DNA from: a virus
Strand: one strand, 5' to 3'
Virus record (IMG/VR): IMGVR_UViG_3300005805_000042
DNA: 64,000 nucleotides
Position 1 is the first letter of the stretch, and each line of letters opens with the position of its first letter. Shown here in pieces: positions 58,621-64,000 of this stretch. A model generated the notes under the pieces. The model searched no databases, was not told the DNA's origin, and saw nothing but the letters and a program-made list of their open reading frames with translations. The translations under genes were made by a program, and so were the position numbers.

Positions 58621-59549
58621 AAAAAATTTTAGTAACTGGTGGCGCAGGATACATTGGAAGTATATTAGTTCCAGAATTATTAAAAAAGGGGCACGAAGTA
58701 ACAGTATATGATAGTTTGTTGTTTGGGGGAAATAGTCTTTTAACAAATTTTTTAAATCCCAATTTTTATTTTATTCAAGGAGATATTAGAGATGAAGAAA
58801 AATTAAAAAAATGTTTAGTTGGTAAGGATATTATTATCCATCTGGCGGCAATTGTTGGATATCCCGCTTGTCAAAAAAACCCTCAATTAACAATAGATGT
58901 TAATTTGACAGCAACGAAAAAACTTGTTGATAATTTATTACCAGAGCAATACTTGCTTTTTGGGTCTACTGGTAGTAATTACGGGTCTGTTGAGGATGGT
59001 GTATGTACTGAAGAGACCGAGTTAAATCCACTAAGTCTTTATGGGGAAACCAAAACCGAGGCGGAAAAATATATTATATCTAACTCAAAATCCACAGCAT
59101 TTCGTTTCGCCACAGCATTTGGCTTGTCACCTCGTTTAAGGTTAGATTTGTTAATAAATGATTTTGTTAATAAAGCAATCAACCAAAAATATATTGTTGT
59201 TTATGAATCTCATTTTATGAGGACATTTATTCATGTTAAAGACATTGCGCGTTCATTTTTATTTGCAATAGAAAATGAAAAAAAAATGAGTAAACAGGTC
59301 TATAATGTTGGTGGTAATTCCATGAATTATAGTAAAAGACATGTTTGTAATTTAATACAAGATAAGATAGATTATTATTTACATTTGGCAGATATTGGTG
59401 CGGATGCAGACAAAAGAAATTATGTCGTTTCGTATGATAAAATAAATCGATTAGGATTTGAAACAACGATTTCATTAGAAGAAGGTATTGAAGAATTAGT
59501 AAAAGGAATTAAAATAATAAAACGAGAAGACCCATATTCGAATGCCTAA
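58617..59549 (+). CDS. NAD-dependent sugar epimerase/dehydratase (extended SDR)
   Basis: TGGAGYIG, HLAAIVG, YGETK. Confidence 0.88.
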   Translation: MKKILVTGGAGYIGSILVPELLKKGHEVTVYDSLLFGGNSLLTNFLNPNFYFIQGDIRDEEKLKKCLVGKDIIIHLAAIVGYPACQKNPQLTIDVNLTATKKLVDNLLPEQYLLFGSTGSNYGSVEDGVCTEETELNPLSLYGETKTEAEKYIISNSKSTAFRFATAFGLSPRLRLDLLINDFVNKAINQKYIVVYESHFMRTFIHVKDIARSFLFAIENEKKMSKQVYNVGGNSMNYSKRHVCNLIQDKIDYYLHLADIGADADKRNYVVSYDKINRLGFETTISLEEGIEELVKGIKIIKREDPYSNA

Positions 59550-60291
59550 AACCTATTTCGATAAATTCTCCAAATATTATGACATAATTCATAATGAAAA
59601 AAATTATGAAATTGAATGTAATTTGATTTTGAAATATTCAAATGGTAATAATACACTTTTAGATGTTGGTTGTGGTACGGGAAATCATTCAAAAATATTA
59701 TCTAACCATTTTAACGAAATTGTAGGATGCGATTATTCTGAATCTATGTTGAAAATTGCCAAGGAAAAGTTTGAAAAATTCAACATACAAAACGTTACAT
59801 TTACAAGCGAACCATTAGAGTTTATTAAAGGAAACTTTGACACTGTAATTTCTATGTTCAACGTTATCAATCACATTGAAAGTTTGGAAGAATTAATTAA
59901 TTTTTTCAGAGAAATAAAAAAAAAATTAATTCCTGGTGGTAAATTTATTTTTGATTGTTGGAACGGAACTGCCTGCAGAATAGAACCCCCCAAAAAAAAT
60001 AGTAAAAGATTTATTCACTACGACTGGTATTCATTAGAACTCGAAACAAAAACTGAAAACAATCTTTTTGAATCATTATCAAATGTTAAAACAAATGTGA
60101 AAATTTATTCAGAAACTGAAAAAGTTGATGAATTTGATTATGAAATATTGCATAAATTATGGACCCCTGATATTTTGATTTCAGTCGTGGAAATGGTTGG
60201 CATGAAAATAGAAAAAATTTTTCCATCAATATTTGATTCTGAAACAGCCAAAAAAAGCGATTATCGCATAACATTTATTTGTAAAAATTAA
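59542..60291 (+). CDS. Class I SAM-dependent methyltransferase
   Basis: LLDVGCGTG, GCDYSESML, LIPGGKFIFD. Confidence 0.85.
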   Translation: MPKTYFDKFSKYYDIIHNEKNYEIECNLILKYSNGNNTLLDVGCGTGNHSKILSNHFNEIVGCDYSESMLKIAKEKFEKFNIQNVTFTSEPLEFIKGNFDTVISMFNVINHIESLEELINFFREIKKKLIPGGKFIFDCWNGTACRIEPPKKNSKRFIHYDWYSLELETKTENNLFESLSNVKTNVKIYSETEKVDEFDYEILHKLWTPDILISVVEMVGMKIEKIFPSIFDSETAKKSDYRITFICKN

Positions 60292-60292
60292 A

Positions 60293-60796
60293 ATGATTAC
60301 AATTCCAGTAAGTCTGGGAGAATTGATAGATAAACTATCTATACTCCAAGTCAAAAAAAAGAAAATTTCCGAACAAGAAAAACTAAATGAAGTTGAAAAA
60401 GAATTATATTTTCTTAAAACAAACGCAGAACATTTACTTGGTGATAAAGCTCTATTCAATCTATATGACGATTTAATACAAGTTAATACTCAACTTTGGG
60501 ATATTGAGGACAACATTCGAATTTTAGAAAAAAATAAAGATTTTGGGCCCGAATTTATTAAACTTGCTAGGTCTGTTTATTATACTAATGATAAAAGATT
60601 CGAAATTAAAAATAAAATAAATCAAATGACTAATTCAGAAATAAAAGAACAAAAAAGTTATCAAGACTATAAAATTGATGATAACAATATAATAAAAGAC
60701 AAAACTTACATATTTGAAAGTCCAGATGGGGGTCAAACAATTTACCGAAGAGAATTTGGTTACCCACATGATACGAGAGAGTTAATTAAAAAATAA
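60293..60796 (+). CDS. DUF6165-like protein with short C-terminal extension
   Basis: IPVSLGELIDKLSILQVK...LWDIED...ARSVYYTNDKR; tail YIFESPDGGQTIYRR. Confidence 0.6.
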   Translation: MITIPVSLGELIDKLSILQVKKKKISEQEKLNEVEKELYFLKTNAEHLLGDKALFNLYDDLIQVNTQLWDIEDNIRILEKNKDFGPEFIKLARSVYYTNDKRFEIKNKINQMTNSEIKEQKSYQDYKIDDNNIIKDKTYIFESPDGGQTIYRREFGYPHDTRELIKK

Positions 60797-61521
60797 TGAG
60801 AAAAAAACCATCTCCAACACCATCTTACATGGTACAAGAAACCTCTAAAACCAAAAAGGAAATTATCGGCTCTATTTTAAAGAAAAAAACAAAAGAAAAA
60901 TTTTTAACTGAAAGTCAAAAAGAATATTATAAAAAATTAAACGAAGCACAGATAACAATTTGTGCGGGTCCTGCTGGTGTTGGAAAAAGTTACATAGCCA
61001 TGAAAGCGGCAATTGACTTGTTGGTAGACCCTTTGAGTCCTTATGAAAAAATTATTATTGTTCGACCTGCAGTTGAGGCGGAAGAAAAACTTGGTTCACT
61101 ACCAGGTAATGTCGAAGAAAAACTCGACCCATACATTTTCCCAACATACTACCTCCTTAATAAAATTATCGGTAAAGATGCAAGGGAAAAATTGAAGGAG
61201 CTTGAAGTCATCGAAGTTTTCGCTCTTGCATATATGAGAGGGATGAACATTGATAACTCGATTTTAATTTTTGAGGAGGCTCAAAACTCCACACCAAATC
61301 AAATGAAACTTCTTTTAACAAGAATTGGTTTTAATTCCAAATTCTTTATTTCAGGTGATTTGGAACAAACAGACCGATACAAAGACAAAACGCATTCAGG
61401 TCTCTATGATGCAATTACTCGATTTAAATCGGTTGACTCAATCTTGTGTCATGAGTTTAGTCAATCAGATGTTGTTAGAAATTCATTAATAACAAAAATC
61501 TTAGAAAAATACGACCAATGA
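60796..61521 (+). CDS. phoH: PhoH-family ATPase
   Basis: GPAGVGKS, RPAVE, LGSLPG, MRG, EEAQN, GDLEQTD, VVRN. Confidence 0.92.
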   Translation: MRKKPSPTPSYMVQETSKTKKEIIGSILKKKTKEKFLTESQKEYYKKLNEAQITICAGPAGVGKSYIAMKAAIDLLVDPLSPYEKIIIVRPAVEAEEKLGSLPGNVEEKLDPYIFPTYYLLNKIIGKDAREKLKELEVIEVFALAYMRGMNIDNSILIFEEAQNSTPNQMKLLLTRIGFNSKFFISGDLEQTDRYKDKTHSGLYDAITRFKSVDSILCHEFSQSDVVRNSLITKILEKYDQ

Positions 61522-62117
61522 AAATTGCTATAGAAATTAACGGTGTTCTAAGAGATACCGTTAAAAAAATTGAACAGGTATACGAAAAGTTTTATGTTGA
61601 GAATATTCTCAATGAAAAAAGAGATTTTGAGTACGAGATTCTTTCACCAATAACTTCATTGAGATTACAAGACCATCTAAAGTTCAGAGACAACGACGAA
61701 CTTTATGATTTTCTTTATACCGAACATTGTATGGAAATCTTCGGTCACGCATCGTCAACTGAATACAGTACTTTTATCGACTTAAATGATTTCTATGTAG
61801 ACATGAGGGACAACCACGATATCATACTTATTTCTGATGAAATTGGAAAGTCAAAACCCGCAACATTATTTTTCCTTTCCAAGTTTGGTTGCCAGATAGA
61901 AAAAATCGTTTTCTATAGCCAATTTACTCTACAAACAGTTTGGAACGAAATAGACCTTTTACTTACGGCAAATCCCGACTTATTATTAAATCATCCTACA
62001 GATAAAAAAATTATCAAGTATAATACAAACTATAACACTAATATAACAGATTTACCGAACATTGATAATATCAAAGAACTTAAAAATTTAATAGAAAATG
62101 ATACCAATTTGGAATGA
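61518..62117 (+). CDS. 5'(3')-nucleotidase-like HAD-fold protein, degenerate motif I
   Basis: KIAIEINGVLRD in place of IDIDG; TLFFLSKFG. Confidence 0.45.
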   Translation: MKIAIEINGVLRDTVKKIEQVYEKFYVENILNEKRDFEYEILSPITSLRLQDHLKFRDNDELYDFLYTEHCMEIFGHASSTEYSTFIDLNDFYVDMRDNHDIILISDEIGKSKPATLFFLSKFGCQIEKIVFYSQFTLQTVWNEIDLLLTANPDLLLNHPTDKKIIKYNTNYNTNITDLPNIDNIKELKNLIENDTNLE

Positions 62118-62376
62118 AAATTACTACATCGATTTAGAAAGAATCGAAGAATTCATTGATTTAACTAATGTTATCAATGAAGAGCTCAGTGGTAACACTA
62201 ACGAACATAAAATTAATGTTGTCAAGTTTGAAATGGTAAAGATGATGTTAGAGGTCATTATGACTGAACATCCTGAAGGTGATGAAAAACTCGGAATTAA
62301 AAATTCAGAATTATCCATACCATTTAGATTAGCGTTTAACTCGTTACTAAATAAAAAAATTATTAACAAATATTAA
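62098..62376 (+). CDS. Hypothetical protein
   Basis: 92 aa ORF in operon. Confidence 0.55.
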   Translation: MIPIWNENYYIDLERIEEFIDLTNVINEELSGNTNEHKINVVKFEMVKMMLEVIMTEHPEGDEKLGIKNSELSIPFRLAFNSLLNKKIINKY

Positions 62377-62377
62377 A

Positions 62378-63433
62378 ATGGACCAACCACAAATAGACAA
62401 AGTCAAACTTTCGATTAGTAATCTAAGAGAGAAAAAATCAAAACTATATTTTTTCATTCACGATACTAAAGGTAATGCCAAATCCTCTATCAAATACATT
62501 TATGATTTGGCATTCACACTTAAACGCAGTGGATTTAATTCAATTATCCTACATGAGAAACCCGATTATACAGGAGTTGGTTCATGGTTGGGTGAAGAAT
62601 ATATGACTGAAATTCCACACCAAGTAATCGATGGGCAAAATGTTGAAATTGCACCTGAAGATTTCTTGATTGTCCCCGAAATTTTTGGTTTTATGATGGA
62701 CCAAGTTAAAAACCTACCTTGTGGTAAAATTGTGTTGACACAGTCTTACGCATATATGTTGGAAACTCTTCAACCTGGTCAGACTTGGAATCAGTATGGA
62801 TTCTTTAAAACCATTACCACATCTGAAGTACAAAAAGATTACATCAATAAAGTAATGAGAGGTCAATCCTATGATATCATCGAACCATTTATTTCTGATA
62901 TTTTCAAAAAAAGAAATTTACCACCACTACCTATTATTGGTATTCACTCGAGAGAACAAGAAGACACTATCAATCTTATCAAAACATTTTATCTAAGATT
63001 TCCACAATACAGATGGTTTACCTTCCGTGATTTAAGGGGTCTTTCTCAAGAAGAGTTTGCTAATGCAATTTCAGAGTGTTTCGTTTCAGTTTGGATTGAC
63101 AGACAAAGTGCTTACGGTACTTTCCCATTAGAATCGATGAAAGTAGGTGTTCCAGTAATTGGTATTACACCCAACTTGGTCCCTGAGTGGATGAATGAAA
63201 ATAACGGAATTTGGATAAAGGATGAAATTCTTCTATCAGACATTATTGCTGATTGGACCCAAAATTGGTTGGAAGATAACATTTCTGAAGAAATGTATAC
63301 GAATATGCAAGAAACTGTCGATAAACTTCCGACAAAAGAACAGTTCGAAAATAAAACCATAGATTTATTCACAGAATATCTCGAATTAAGAGCACAATCT
63401 ATGGAAGAACAAATCTCTAAATTTAACGATTAA
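62378..63433 (+). CDS. GT-B-like glycosyltransferase
   Basis: FGTFPLE-like motif YGTFPLESMKVGVPVIG; FLIVPE. Confidence 0.6.
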   Translation: MDQPQIDKVKLSISNLREKKSKLYFFIHDTKGNAKSSIKYIYDLAFTLKRSGFNSIILHEKPDYTGVGSWLGEEYMTEIPHQVIDGQNVEIAPEDFLIVPEIFGFMMDQVKNLPCGKIVLTQSYAYMLETLQPGQTWNQYGFFKTITTSEVQKDYINKVMRGQSYDIIEPFISDIFKKRNLPPLPIIGIHSREQEDTINLIKTFYLRFPQYRWFTFRDLRGLSQEEFANAISECFVSVWIDRQSAYGTFPLESMKVGVPVIGITPNLVPEWMNENNGIWIKDEILLSDIIADWTQNWLEDNISEEMYTNMQETVDKLPTKEQFENKTIDLFTEYLELRAQSMEEQISKFND

Positions 63434-63435
63434 TT

Positions 63436-64000
63436 ATGAACACACCTTTAGACATTACAATTGTATTACCAATTAAATCTGCGGTATCCCGAGATTTCGA
63501 AGATTACTTCGAAAAAGCGATTACATCGATAAAGAATCAAAAAGTATCTGTAAAAGAACTATTGATTGTTACTACAACAGAAGAAAAATTAAACAATCAT
63601 GTTGATGGATTCGATTTTGGGGAAATTAATATGAGAAAAATTGTTTGGGACAAGGAAGCCACCTTTGCATCTCAAGTTAACTTTGGTATCGAAAATGCAA
63701 CTACAAAATGGGTTTCATTTTTCGAGTTTGATGATGAATACTCAACAATTTGGTTTGACAATGTTCGTAAGTACATGGGATATTACCCAATGGTACAGGC
63801 ATTCCTACCAGTTGTTGTTGATACCGATGAAAAAGGTACCTTCGCTGGTTTTACAAATGAAGCGGTATTTGCTGCAAACTTCGCACAAGAAGTTGGTTTT
63901 TTGACTAATGATATCCTTCAAGACTATCAAAATTTCCAAACCTCAGGTATGGTTATTCGTAAAGATGTTATTGATGATTTTGGTGGTTTTAAATCATCAA
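63436..64000 (+). CDS. GT2-like glycosyltransferase, partial (runs off the right edge)
   Basis: Not in the track. MNTPLDITIVLPIKS...FASQVNFGIENATTKWVSFFEFDDEY. Confidence 0.7.
   Translation, partial: MNTPLDITIVLPIKSAVSRDFEDYFEKAITSIKNQKVSVKELLIVTTTEEKLNNHVDGFDFGEINMRKIVWDKEATFASQVNFGIENATTKWVSFFEFDDEYSTIWFDNVRKYMGYYPMVQAFLPVVVDTDEKGTFAGFTNEAVFAANFAQEVGFLTNDILQDYQNFQTSGMVIRKDVIDDFGGFKSS

Noticed and set aside
1-64000. Stop-codon reassignment, as seen in some jumbo phages
   Set aside because: Long genes are intact under code 11, and TAG (e.g. 53707-53709) and TGA (e.g. 46100-46102) fall at natural gene ends followed by new starts
1-64000. Eukaryotic giant virus (NCLDV) origin suggested by SET, SNF2, PolB, GT60 and glycosylation genes
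   Set aside because: Contractile sheath, tube, neck and baseplate genes, bacterial-style overlapping operons and intrinsic terminators indicate a tailed phage
1-64000. tRNA, rRNA, integrase or transposase
   Set aside because: Intergenic gaps are short (mostly under 130 nt) with no cloverleaf seen, and no recombinase or transposase motifs appear in the ORFs
43543-64000. Glycan locus as a DNA hypermodification system
   Set aside because: Not excluded, but no hydroxymethylase, thymidylate-synthase-like or base-modifying gene is seen in the window, and the GT25/GT10/GT60/sulfotransferase families act on glycans or proteins, so it was ranked below virion glycosylation

Overview
This window is part of an AT-rich jumbo myophage genome (T4-like architecture, standard genetic code). 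It contains no tRNA, rRNA, CRISPR array or mobile element. 1-20 kb is a mostly minus-strand baseplate/tail/neck module: a >1790 aa hub-like ORF missing from the ORF track, a 1685 aa tube-initiator-like protein with an inserted OmpA-like domain, tape measure, a tail chaperone with a likely programmed frameshift, tube, sheath and neck genes. 20-29 kb holds a SET methyltransferase, an SNF2 helicase, a Mn-type SOD fusion, a neck protein, a stand-alone HsdS TRD-like mini-protein and a family B DNA polymerase. 29-41 kb is five glycosylation genes, including a GT60 (polypeptide GlcNAc transferase family) enzyme, directly downstream of a four-gene block in which three genes encode mucin-like Thr/Pro-repeat, probably virion, proteins. 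41-43.5 kb holds putative internal head proteins, including a WYL protein. 43.5-64 kb is a large glycan synthesis and decoration locus (GT2/GT4/GT10, sulfotransferase, methyltransferases, aminotransferase, epimerases) with dUTPase, exonuclease and PhoH. The strongest candidate for a new system is phage-encoded mucin-type O-glycosylation of virion appendages. All family assignments come from motif recognition by eye, not from database searches.
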